Source: the human T2T-CHM13v2.0 reference genome, Homo sapiens. Taken from it: a DNA stretch of 64,000 bases. The stretch lies in assembly GCF_009914755.1 (NCBI RefSeq), contig NC_060928.1. The stretch is one strand, 5' to 3'. The notes below the pieces were generated by a model. It was given only the letters and a program-made list of their open reading frames with translations. It was not told where the DNA came from and did no database searches. A program made the translations under genes and the position numbers. Of the stretch, positions 30,965 through 43,949 are shown one piece after another. Within the stretch, counting starts at the first letter, position 1. Each line of letters starts with the position of its first letter.

Positions 30965-31277
30965 TTTTTTTTTTTTTTTTTTTTTTTGAGACAGGGTCTT
31001 GCTCTGTCACTCAGGCTGGAGTGCAGTGGCACAATCATAGCCTCCTGTACCCTCGAACTGCTGGGCTCAAGTGATCCTTCTGCCTCAGTCTCCCAAGGAG
31101 CTAGGACTACAGGTGTGCACCACCACACTTGGCTAATTTTAAAAAAATTTTCTTAGAGATGGGGTCTTGCTATGTTGCCCCCCTGTTGCAAGGATGGTCT
31201 TGAACTTCTGGCCTCAATCAACCTTCCCACCACAGCCTTCCAAAGTGCTGGGATTACAGGTGTGAGCCACTGTGCTC
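30965..31277 (-). mobile_element. AluJ in predicted SCPPPQ1 intron 1
   Basis: TSD tctac(a/t)cacaaatc. Confidence 0.92.
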
Positions 31278-31419
31278 AATTCTACTCACAAATCTTTAAA
31301 CACCAGTGTTACATCATGCTTATTATTAGTAATTGATCACTACTGGCTAAAATGAGAGGAAAGTTTTTATGTAATACACAAATAAATCCACCTGAAGCTT
31401 GTACCTCTGTGAGACTTAC

Positions 31420-31460
31420 CAGGCCTTCATATAGTCTGGTTGCTGTTATTGCCAGTTATA
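31420..31460 (-). other. SCPPPQ1: Candidate non-coding exon 1 of SCPPPQ1 (5' end uncertain)
   Basis: Strong donor CTG|GTAAGT at 31420/31419, the nearest one upstream of exon 2; SCPP genes have a short non-coding first exon; a competing donor AAG|GTAAGT sits at 31644. Confidence 0.5.
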
Positions 31461-32814
31461 GTTCTCGGGAAGGAAATTGTATGGGAAAAATTTTGTAAGA
31501 TGTAATGGGTTGGTAGAAAATCAGCACAATATGAGTAAATTCAGATTCAATAAAGGAAATCAACTGGCCTTTTATTGGTCCATTGGTTCTGAAAGGAGAC
31601 ATTTTTATGTTTTAAAAATCGCACTTAATTCAAATTAACTTACCTTGTGAGTTTCAAACCAAATCACTGTATTCTGGAATTGGATTTTGAAAGAAAAACA
31701 ACTTTATCATGTTATTATTAAGACTTATCTCCAGCATTTGAGGCAAGTTATATCTATAAATCACACTTCATCTGTTATATATATCTAAAACCCAACTCTG
31801 ATTTCAATCTTAGTGCTACTTTGCCTGAATTTAGGCAACTTATTTCCCTTTTCCTTTTTCATGTTTTTTCTTTGTATTTTTCTTCTTTCTGGATTCAAAC
31901 ACTAATTTCTTTCTTCTTATTAGAAGTGGACCTGTTAGAAATCATTAAATTACCCAATACAAGAATATGTTACATTCTTTTATCTAGTGCATTAGAATCA
32001 GTCCAAATTATACTATATATCTCTTCAATTACCTTTGCTTCAGTGGCCCTTGGAGCAACAAATTCAAGGAGCAGTGTGATCACCTAGAATCTCTATGCCC
32101 ATCTAGTATTTAAGCCATGTTACTAATGCCTTTATGGTTATGGGCAATATGAGTCACAAAATTCAAAGCTAAACTGAATAATTGCTTTCACACCAGGAGC
32201 TCCAACTTCCAAAATATCTCAATTACACAGAGGTAGACTTACAGACTGATTACTGAGAAAATAACTGAGAAAATAATCTCTTAGGTTGGGATTAGAGTAT
32301 GTCTTTATCACAAACAACCCACAATTAAAAATTGTGACCACCAAGAATATTAACGTGCCTCTATAATAGATGAGCTAGCTGTACATGTAAGAGCCTTAAA
32401 TGATACAGAAATTTAAGGTTTGAGATTTTCTCTTATTAAATATTTTTCGTTTCAAAATGAATATTATTTTCAAACAAAATTTTTTAGTAGATATTGAGGT
32501 GGTTTCCTTACCTTGGTGTTAAAATCACTTTTCACTATTCTAAAATATTTTTGAAAGTTGTCTGAGGGTAAAAGATAATTTAGGCCTAATTAATACCTCT
32601 GAATACAACTTCACTGTTCCCAGCAACCTAGTTTGTAATTAGCTAAGACCTTTTCAGCTTCATATAAAAACGTTCTGAAATTTGGAATAGTTCCTAAAAT
32701 TATTTCTGTAGTTGGAAAAAGTTACAAATAATACTTAATTCGATTTTGATTAATCAAATTGAACTTAATTTTTTAGAAAGGACATAGTATGATATGGTTC
32801 TAGTTAAGGTAATT

Positions 32815-33129
<315 letters not shown>

Positions 33130-33269
33130 CTATGAAAGAGATAACGAATGAAATTTTGAAATACTCAGAGAAGATTATTCTGATAAAAAAATAAACTATT
33201 CTGTAAATATCTTTCAGATAAAATTCCTAGGGGCATGTTCTCTCAGTGACTATCACAGATAAGGTTTGT

Positions 33270-33290
33270 AACAACAACAACAACAACAAC
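33270..33290. repeat. (AAC)7 microsatellite
   Basis: Read directly. Confidence 0.9.
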
Positions 33291-33759
33291 ACATTTTTGA
33301 TTATTTGAAAAAATAGTAAAAGATAATTGTATTGATATCTTTCATTTCAGCTAGAAAAATATGTAAAAAACCATTTTCTTTCAAATAGTCAAATAAAGTG
33401 AGTGACATGTCCTTTTATTGCCTTACTTCAGAACTTGGAAAACTATATTATAATGTCATATTTTTGTGATCTAGCTTTTACTGTAATAGTTACCAAAGAA
33501 GAGCGCAAATAAAAAGACAAATTTTTGCTTATGACAGGTTTTTCGCTATCAATTTACATTAATAATATTTAATCTCTTTCTACATTGGACATCAAGACGC
33601 TTTATGGCCCTCTACCTGTTTTACCATTACATTTTCTTTATTGTGAGGCAATGATTATGTGAAATTTTTGCAGGGCCGCCCTCTTCCCCAGCACACATGC
33701 TCAACTGCACAAAAAGTTAGAATTAATTGGATCAAGCAGTGCATAATCTTTCACATTTT

Positions 33760-34058
33760 ATTTTCATTTATTTATTTTTTGAGACAGGGCCTTGCCCTGT
33801 CACCCAGGCTGGAGTGCAGTGGCACAATAGCTCACTGCAGCCTCGACCTGCTGGGCTCGAGTAATTCTCCTACCTAAGTCCACCAAGTAGCTGGGATCAC
33901 AGGTACATGCCACCACCCCTGGCTATTTTTTTAAGTTTTCATAGAGACAGGGTCTCTCCATGTTGCCTAGGCTGGTCTTGAAATCTTGAGCTCAAGGAAT
34001 CCTCCCGACTTGGCTTCCCAAAGTGTTGAGATTACAGGTGTGAGCCTCTGCACCCAGC
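33760..34058 (-). mobile_element. AluJ
   Basis: Antisense Alu consensus. Confidence 0.9.
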
Positions 34059-34216
34059 TTGTTCTACATTTTATATCAAATTTGGTAAAAAAGCACTTGA
34101 TATTAGTTTTTTTCTGTTTAAACTTACATAATGATGAAGGACATTAATGAGCACCTCTTATCTTGCCACTGAGTATTTGTTTCCTGTAAGAGATGTCTCA
34201 CACTTTTTTCTCAACC

Positions 34217-34234
34217 ACACACACACACACACAC
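34217..34234. repeat. (CA)n microsatellite just downstream of the SPARCL1 3' end
   Basis: Read directly. Confidence 0.9.
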
Positions 34235-34368
34235 TTAAGGTAGTAGGGTTTAGGAAGCACAATTATAATTTGACATGAAGTGTGAGTCTTGGGTTGATCT
34301 TTTACATTTGATTGTCTAAATAATAACTGGAAATACACTTGCATAAGCATTTGGATTTTTATGGACTC

Positions 34369-34374
34369 TTTATT
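34369..34374 (-). terminator. SPARCL1: SPARCL1 polyadenylation signal
   Basis: AATAAA on the - strand about 415 nt after the stop. Confidence 0.8.
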
Positions 34375-34789
34375 AGGGTATTAAGATATTGAAAATAATA
34401 CACGTAAACCACAAAAGAGTAGCATTCCATTTTCTTGAAGTGCACATGATATTATGAACAATACAAATGCATTATTTTTATCATTAATAGTTTAATCATT
34501 AATTATCTCATAAGTCAATGCAGAGAGTGAAATTACTATGAATTAAACTTCTGTTCACAATGTACAGTATTTTGCATATGTTGACTTTACTTAATTGTAC
34601 ATTTTTGTTTCCAAAGTTAATGTTAAATACCTGGTGCATAGGTTGTTGTCAAGCAATTACTCTCATTGTCTTGTCATACATGCTAACATTTTGCTAAATA
34701 TAAATCTACAAGTATCACAGCTGCATATATTTCTGAAGTGGTTAGAACAGAGGAGGATGCTGGAAAGTTGAGTTCTTTAAAATCTTCGT

Positions 34790-34818
34790 TCAAAACAAGA
34801 GATTTTCATCTATGTCCT
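34790..34818 (-). CDS. SPARCL1: SPARCL1 last coding exon (EDIDENLLF*)
   Basis: tttttatag| acceptor; TGA at 34792-34790; summed CDS is 1995 nt = 664 aa + stop. Confidence 0.96.
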
Positions 34819-34919
34819 CTATAAAAAAACAAGAAGCAAAATGACACTTTTAGAAAGTAGCCAGAGTAGTAGCACAAACAATATTAGAGTTGGGGGATTA
34901 GAGAAACCATCTAATAAGG

Positions 34920-35098
34920 CAGTATAATGGTGATCCTCAACTTTGGTAGGACAGCAACATCACTCATGAACTTTTACAAATATGTATTTTTAGGCCTCAC
35001 CTCTGGACTCTAGAATCAGAATCCCTAGGGGTGGACTAATGGCATGTAGACGTTTAGAAAACTCTGCAGGTAATTTGGCTGCAGGGTTGAGAACCACT
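34920..35098. mobile_element. MER5-family hAT MITE (similar copies at about 43703-43886 and 51020-51197)
   Basis: agaatcagaatc...gggttgagaaccactg; tggttct...ctggctgcacattagaat. Confidence 0.6.
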
Positions 35099-35745
35099 GA
35101 TAGAGGAAGAGCAGGTTAACGGGAGGTCCAGCCAAGAAGTGCCCAGTATACTAATCTAGAAGGTGAGCTGAAAAATAATGGAAATAAATAGAAGTGTAGT
35201 GCTAGGTTATTCCAGTTTTTAATTGAGTAGCTTGTGAAAGAAATTGTCGCCATACCTGTGGAAGAAGACAGCATCCTCTAGCAAATATAAGATCACTCCT
35301 TACCAACATGGCCCACCCTAACAAACTATTATACTACTCTGTGTGGGCACTAGGTAATTTTCCTGCTAATAATCTTTATCTAGCCCAGAGAATGGGAAAG
35401 ATTATGGACTTTGATTTTTTTTTTTGAGTACTGGCTTCATATGTAAAATGGAGATAATAGCTTCATTAGTTATACGTTTACTTATATTTGCACCCATAGC
35501 CTTTGTCTTCTTTCTGTTGCTCAGATAAGAGATTGTCCTTTTTCTTGACGTTAAGGCTAATTCCTCTACCTATGCTCAAGATCTCTTCTGACCTTCACAA
35601 GATTCTCCTTTTACTTTCCTCTTTTTTTCTTACATCCTTCTTCCACCTTTCCTTTTTTACTAGACCCTTCCATTAGCATTTAAATATGTTTCATATTTAG
35701 CCTCTAGAACAGTGCCTGCATTTATGTAGACCATCTGTAAAGATT

Positions 35746-36058
<313 letters not shown>

Positions 36059-36634
36059 TGTAAAGATTTCTTGAGCAAATGAATGAGTAAATGAAAGGAG
36101 TGCTCAAATCTCTTTTATTCTAAAAAATGCTCCCCTTTTTTAGAAAATGCTCTGTAGCTTTTCTAGGTCTTTCCTGCACTCAAACATCCACTCCTTACCC
36201 TTTCTAATCTCCCTTTTCTTCTCAACCCATAGAATGTGACTTCCATGTCTACCATTCCACCAGAACTACTCTAACCAAGGCTACCCAGGATATCCTTATT
36301 TCTTTCAACTTCTTTGACATCTCAGTCGCATTTGGCACTGTTAATCTCTTCCTCCTCTTTGAAACACCTCCTTTGCATGGCACTATCCTGGTTTTCTTCC
36401 TTCATTTCAGGAGAAACTTCATTCTCCTTACTGAATTCTTTCTTCCTCCCCTATCCATCATCTAGATGTTGTTGTTTCTCAGTGCAGTGTTCAATCCTAG
36501 ACCCCTTTTCATGTAACTCAATGCGTTTTCCTTGGGAGAATTAATTCCCTTCCCTGGTGTCAATTATTCTCTGTATGCTTATAATCCTCAAATATGCATT
36601 TCAGTTCCAAAACCCTGTCTTGATATATAAGCGG

Positions 36635-37010
36635 CCAACAAATATATATAAAGTTCCACATTACTAATCATCAGGAAAATTTAAATCAAAACCATCTCAC
36701 AATAAGATGCCATTTCACACCAGTCAGAATGGCTGTAATTAAAAAGTCTAAAAACAACATGCTGGTGAAGCTGCAGAGAAAAAGAATGCTTAGACACTGG
36801 TAATGTAAATTAGTTGAGCCACTGTGGAAAGCAGTTTGAAGATTTCTCAAAGAACTTAAAACAGATCTACTATTCAACCCAGCAATCCCATACTGGGTAT
36901 ATTTATAAAAAAATCATTTTACTAAAAAGACACATGCACTCATATGCTCGTTGCAGCACTATTCACAATAGCAAAGATATAAAATCAATGTAGGTGCCCA
37001 TCAGTGGTGG
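36635..37010 (+). mobile_element. L1 ORF2 3' fragment
   Basis: cagtcagaatggct, ccactgtggaaagcagtttg, cagcactattcacaatagcaaaga. Confidence 0.8.
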
Positions 37011-37049
37011 GCATGGTAGGGATAATGGTAGTTTTGATGGAGTGGTAGA

Positions 37050-37089
37050 GATAATGGCCAAACCATAATTACTTTTGCATGAAACTAAC
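37050..37089. mobile_element. MADE1/HSMAR1 terminal inverted repeat remnant
   Basis: aatggccaaaccataattacttttgcatgaaactaa resembles the mariner TIR. Confidence 0.55.
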
Positions 37090-38399
37090 ACTTAGGAGGC
37101 AACCTAATACTTTACAATTCAACGTATCTAAAATGGAATTTGTCATTTACTCCAAATCCACTTCTGTTCTTGTGTTTTCTCAGTGGAAGATGCCTCTATT
37201 TACCTCTATTTACCCTGCCTGCTCTGAGCCAGGGACCTAGGCATTGCACTTCTCTTTTCAGTCTCTCACCTGTCTGCTCTCGGCTCCCACATATTTCCTA
37301 TCAAATATTGTCTTATTTCCACATGCTATATATTTGAGTATGCTTATATCTTAAAATATATCTTGAATATGTTTACTTCTCTCTTTTTTTCCCCTTTGGT
37401 CACTCCCCTAGTTCAAGTTCTCATCAGCTCTTGCCTGGGTTTACCACAGTATTCTCTCAACAATTCTTTGGCCCCACCACAATGTAACCAGGAGAATCCA
37501 TCTTAAATACAAACCCAGGGAAATCACTGGCTTGTTTGAAACACTTTGGTGGCCCCCCAGTACTCTTAGGATAATGTCTTTAAATGGCTTAGGGGAACTT
37601 GCGTCATCTGAGTTGTTTACCCTGTTAGTCTCACTTGGAGGGTTTTCTGACGATTAGCATGGGTATGTGTCAATGCATGGTATGCATGGGCACAAAATAA
37701 ATGAGGATTCCTGCACCTGTTACCTGAACCCCATTTTTACAGATAAGGAAAATGAGACTCACTGAGGCTAAGCAACATGCCCTAATTCACACAGCTAGTT
37801 AATAACAGCTATGTGAGGAATATATGAGCACGTCTATCACAGGCAGTTAAAATTCAGGAAAACATTGGCTAAACTTTATCTTCTCCTGTAGATTTCTCAG
37901 CCTTGAAGGAAAGAAGGGTATACTTACAAATAAATTTGTTTTTCTTTAGCTACATTCCAAAGCAGTAAGTTGTTTACGTGTTCTGACTGAATATTTAATA
38001 TCTGCTTTATTGGTTTATTATGTGATAATTTTTTCCTTTCTTCAAAATAAGGCAATGATGGCCAAACCACAGTGCACAAACAAGATCATTAGCAGCTTTG
38101 TAAATGACTGGATTTTAAGCCCTTCCTGCTCCTCCCAGACAACCGCCCAGCGGAGCCTGGGTGAGCTTACACACTGAAGAGCTGCCAGAAGCTTTGCAAA
38201 AGGAAGAATGAGATGCAACTGGTTTTCTTAAGTAAAATGGCCTCTGTTTAAATTTGCCTTTTTATCAGTCCTTTAAAATCACATGTCATATAAACAGGCA
38301 TCCATAAATACATCCTATCCCAGCTGAGTTTTCCCCTCTAGATAATGGTGGGCAGGGCAGGACAGAAGGATATATTTGAATTTTTATAAGTACTCTGCT

Positions 38400-38897
38400 T
38401 GTATCATAGATGTTAGAAAGACAATTGACATCCAACCCCCTGTGGTCTCCTTCTCCTCCTCCTGCTGTAGCAGGATTGGTCAGTGTGACCAATAGAATGA
38501 GGCAGAAATCATGATATATAACTTCTGAGGTTAGGTTATAAAAGACATTGGGGCCTCAGTCTTGGCTTTTTCTCTCTTTCTGCCTGGTCACTCGCTCTGG
38601 AGGAATCCAGATACCATGCTGTGGGCAGCCCTGTAGACCAGAGGCCTACACGATGGGATACTGAAGGCTCCTGCAAAGAGCCATGGGAGTGGGCTTAGAA
38701 GTAGACCCTTAGCTGCAGTCAAGCCATCAGATAACTGCCGCACTGCATGACCCCTTGACCACAACCTAATGAGAGATCCTAATCCAGAGCCATCCAGGTT
38801 AGTTACTGTGAGATTCCTGACCCTTGGAAACCGTGAGAAAGAATTTAACCTGTTAAGTTGTGGGGTGATTCACTATGCAGCATAGACAACTAATACA
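38400..38897 (+). mobile_element. MLT1F-like MaLR LTR
   Basis: gtgaccaatagaat...cttctgaggttaggttataaaagac...gattcctgaccc...gcatagacaactaataca terminus. Confidence 0.7.
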
Positions 38898-39412
38898 CAG
38901 AACTAGGTACTTACAAAAATATACATCCTTTCACAGAATGTTTATTTCACAGAATGATATTGCAAGGAAAAGGACTGACCCTCTCTGCTTACCTATTTAT
39001 TAATAAGTAAATCCTCATACTTTCACCTCTTCCTCTCTAATTTCAAGGCATTCTACATATGCATGGGGGATATTTTAAAAATGAAGTATGCACAAGTTAT
39101 TTCTTTTTGGGAACTTCTGACATTTGATGAACTGACTTTCTTTAACGGCTTAGCTGCATGTTTATCCCAAGGGTATATTGTAAACATGAATGAAATCTCT
39201 GTTTCAGAGATTTGATGTTCACTGTTAATTTATGTTCTGTGAGTGGTATTTTTCTTATTTATTTATTTTAATTGACAAATAAAAATGGTATGTATTTATC
39301 ATGTAAAACATGACCTTTTAAAATATATATACCTTGTGGAATGGTTAAATTGATCTGATTAACGAATGCATTACCTCACATACTATCATTTTTGTGTGTG
39401 TGTGTGTGGTGA

Positions 39413-39753
<341 letters not shown>

Positions 39754-40446
39754 CTTTCATATCTTAATTATTGAAAACATACTTGCTCATAAAATTCAAG
39801 CCTAACTTAAGGAAAGAAAAGGAAACATATTAAGACATAACCCAGCAAAACAAGCATCTAAATTTAATTTCCTCCACTGCAGGAGTAAAGAAAGAATACT
39901 CTGATCTACCCTCCCACAGCTCCCATTCATTGAGGGTGAAGCCATGGGTGAGTTTTGGGTTAAAGGATTATCCCGGCACTAATTGTGATGTAAAATCCAG
40001 TCTTTAGTGTGTTGGTAATGGATTCTGAGATGTTCTGACATCTCCCATTGTCAGAAATGGGCTTGCTTTTTTATTCTTTATGTGTAATTTTGAAAAGTTT
40101 GGCCCAAGGCCCAGGTTAAGGTAGGATATGAAATAAGGAAGGACACAAAGCCTGCTGAGATTTGGCCCAATTCTGGATTCACACGTCTTTCTAGGCTTAG
40201 CTGACTGTTGAGACCTCAATGCATGTTCACCCTTGCTACCCTTTGAAAACAGTGCCATAAAGGTAGTAAGAAGTGACTTCGCAATGACAGCATGTGCACC
40301 AAGGGAGTCCTATCTGGGAAGCTGCCACCTTTTTTTTTCTAGCTTCCAATTCGAACATGTGGCAGGACCTCTCTATGAAGCATGCAGGGCTTAGGGCTTG
40401 TCTGAGGAAGAAGACATCCCTCTTCTTTGGCTGGTGATGAATTTAC

Positions 40447-40595
40447 CTTCTTTAATTCCAAAGCAGTGGCCCCACTCCTTCAGGGTGATGTGCTTATCCT
40501 TGTTGGGGTCACACTCCTCAAAGAAACGGGTTATGCAGTGTTCCATGGGCACCAGAGATGCTCGCAGAGGAGCAAGTTCAGAATGTGTCAAGACT
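40447..40595 (-). CDS. SPARCL1: SPARCL1 exon 10 ([12 protein letters not shown]...[22 protein letters not shown])
   Basis: ttgcag| ... g|gtaaat; 149 nt; second EF-hand [12 protein letters not shown]. Confidence 0.97.
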
Positions 40596-41039
40596 CTGCA
40601 ATGAAATACATGGCATCCTATTAATTGAGTAGCTTGTGCATGAAGATTTAACTCTCAGGCTCACCAAGGACATTTTTCTCCCATAAGGTTGCTGTATATG
40701 TGATATAAATAGAATACAGATAAAAACTGCCAACGAAATAAAGTATTTGTGGGTAAGGTTGACAGCTTTTGGGATGTTGATTCACAAGTTTTCTGTCTTC
40801 ACAGGAACTGTCCTTCCCCCACCCTAAATCTATAGGGGTGTACCCAGCAGTCATGTTGGTACAACCTGGTTCTCATCTACTGGCCATACCTGATTGTTTT
40901 AGATGTAGTCACTTGACCCACATTGGGCCAATCTTGGGAATTTACGATCAAGAATGAGAAAGTTGGAGGAGTATCTGTGGGAAGCTGGACCTTAACATGT
41001 AAACTTGGGAGCTGTGGTGTAGCCATATTCTGCTATCTT

Positions 41040-41242
41040 CACAGCAGCTTTTTTTTTTTAATGAATATTACATAGCTTTGATAATTGTGATAAGGGGACT
41101 TCAAAAAGTTCATTGAGAAATGGAATTAAAAGATAAAATTATAAAACATAAACTTTATCAACATAAGCTCTATCAAGTTTCAGACTTTTTTATTATTATT
41201 ATTATACCTTAAGTTCTAGAGTACATCATACACAGCAGCTTT
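41040..41242 (-). mobile_element. Severely 5'-truncated L1PA with 3'-transduced sequence containing an HSMAR2 end
   Basis: 12-bp TSD cacagcagcttt (41040-41051, 41231-41242); L1 terminus 41186-41226; second poly(A) at 41049-41059. Confidence 0.75.
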
Positions 41243-41388
41243 GTGTTTAGACTCCTAACCAGGCATTTCAGTATTCTAAAATGGAACTGGGAAATGTCCT
41301 AAATCTGTTTAGATTTTCCTTTTGCATAGATATGTAGATATTTTATCAGAGAGATAAATCTAGAAATGGAAAGGTAAAGAGTTCTTAC

Positions 41389-41537
41389 CTATCCATAGGG
41401 TGTTGGTCAAGTTCACTAAACTGCCAGTGCACAGGATACACATACATGTGGTAGTTTTTCTTAAAGTCCCTTAAGAGAAGGTCAATGGGATGGTCCCCAG
41501 CCAAAAGCCTCTTTTCATCCAGGTAAATTTTCTTGAC
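41389..41537 (-). CDS. SPARCL1: SPARCL1 exon 9 ([17 protein letters not shown]...[13 protein letters not shown])
   Basis: atcccag| ... ag|gtaaga; 149 nt; first EF-hand. Confidence 0.97.
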
Positions 41538-43440
41538 CTGGGATTAGGAAGGCAGAAGACTGTCAGAGAATCAGACAAATGTAATGGACTTGTCACTTGC
41601 TATAAACTTTACTTGAAGAGTGACAGTAACACGATAGGGGAAAACAAGCTCAGGACATCATGTGCAACTAAATGAAATTCCTTCCAATCAATACTACAGG
41701 CCTTTCTCATGTCTACACAGAATAGCACCTGATGTAAGAAACCTCTGGTTTTTAGAAGAAATTTAAATTCTTTTTTAAACTTTTAAATATTTTAAGTATG
41801 TTTTGCCTCTTTCTTTTAACCAAGTAATGTTCGCTGCTTTTTTTTTTTTTTTTTAAACTATGAGGTTTTAATGAAAAGGGCTGAATTGACTAAGGTGATT
41901 AGTTAGTGAAAAGTGCTGCTCCTTCCCCCGATGACAGAGTCCACTCTTAGTCTTCTAGGTCATCCATCCAGTGCCCACTCAGTCTTGCTTTCACCCTGGT
42001 GTGTTATTGCTTGGCCAGCCCCATTGAAATTTCCCTGTTTCATAGCTAATACCCTCAAGGCTCTCTGTGACAAGGTATTCAAGACGGGGGCTAGAAATTA
42101 TTCTTGAGCAGTGCCTGTGAAACTCTCAGCTTGTGATGTTGCCTCTTATTTCACTGAGTAATTGGAAGCAAACAGGACCTCCACCTGCTCCCAGAACCAC
42201 AACTTTGCTCCCTGCGACCTTCCTGTGCTCCTAACCTAAGTCCAATCCCTCTCCTCTGGGTGGGACATGTATCGAAGAATGCCCTCTGGCAGTTGTGCGC
42301 ATTCTCTGCTCCCCACTAACATTTCCTTCTTGACTGGGTTATTTCCAGAAGCGTGCAAACATCCTCTACCATCTCCCACTGCTAGGTGGGACTCTTGTAC
42401 TCACTTTCCACTCCAGCTGCCACCCCATTTCTCTTTATCTCTTCATAGCAAAACTCCTTGAAAGGATTGTCTATACTTGCTGCATCCATTCCTCCTAGTC
42501 TCTGTTGAACTCTGTCCACTGGAGCTTCCCTCCTGAAACATGCTCCCACCCCAGGAACAGTTCCTATCAAGGTCAGCTATGACTTTGACATGCTAAATCC
42601 CTGGCCAATTCTCAGTCTTCAACTCATAACCTATAAACAGCATCTGACACAGTTAATGCACACCCTCCTTCTTGTTTTATTTGTCTTCACACCATGTTTA
42701 ATCCCAACTGACATACTTATACATATATTTGCTGATTTGGTTATATTTACATAAATGCTCATTTTACTATATATAATTGCATATATGCATATATATGTAT
42801 GTACAAATATATGCATATACAAACATTACATACGCACACACATATATACTTATTTGTTTAGAGTCTGTCTCTTCACCCAGAATGTAAACTCATGAAGGCA
42901 GAGATTTTCTTTTCGTTGCTGTATCTCCAGTATTTAGGTCAATTTCTGGCACCCAGGATACACTCAATAACTATCTGGTGAATGAATTTTCTCTGGAAGC
43001 TTTTGGAATCAATGTTCTGTGCTTTTTAATCTTAATATATTACTGATATTTTGAGTAATGGATTTACTTTATATCATACATCTATGTCTGGCCTATGAGA
43101 ACAAAACAAATGCTTAGATTTAAATAAGATGTTTGGACTGACTAGATCAATGCTAAATTTATATTAACTTTGCTCAACCAGAGCTTGCTCTAGGTAGGAA
43201 TTGAAGAGCCCTAATTCAGGCCACTGACCATTGGGAAGAATGGGGCGGTTTGGTGGTGTCTGAAACCTTGTGGCGTGAATGGTGACATCTATTATTCTGT
43301 TAAGCCACATGGGCTAACCGGGCATGGGGAAGCATAGTGGGCTTTTGCCAGTATGCAGAGGTAGGTAGCCCCCCCACCACGTCTTTCTTCCTCATGCCCT
43401 GTAGACAGACATTGAAGAAGCTAACCTGTGGATAACTTAC

Positions 43441-43577
43441 TTTATTTCTCTGCTTCTCATTTAGATAACCAGCGTGTTCAGAGTTGGCTTCATAAAGCTG
43501 CATGAGGATATTCTTGAGCCAGTCTCTCATCCGTAGAGGAAACTGAATCACTTCAAAGTCCGTACAAGTAGGAATAG
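43441..43577 (-). CDS. SPARCL1: SPARCL1 exon 8 (SIPTCTDFEVIQFPLRMRDWLKN...QRNK)
   Basis: taacag| ... aaa|gtaagt; 137 nt; FPLRMRDWLKN SPARC EC-domain motif. Confidence 0.97.
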
Positions 43578-43949
43578 CTGTTACAAGCAGAAAATGTACT
43601 GTAATCTTTGGGCTTATTTGTGTCCTATGGCAAGTCCTCATAATAGGAAGCTTAACGACTTCTGGCAACTGACAGAGCTTTCTCAGGTCCCCATTATTAT
43701 GACAGTGGTCCTCAGCCCTGGCAGCAGCACAACAAAATTGCCTGGGGTTTTAAAAAACATACCAAATGCCAGCTTCCAATCAAGTAAATTCTGATGTGAT
43801 TGGTCTGGCGTGAAGTCTGGGCATCAGGATGTTTTTAAAGCTCCAAGATCTATTTGGATGTGCAGCTAGGCCCCAGAATCACTGCTGTAGAATCAGAGTT
43901 GAAATTTGTAGGTGGAGGGCACAAGTGCTATTGAATAGAGAAAAAGGTA

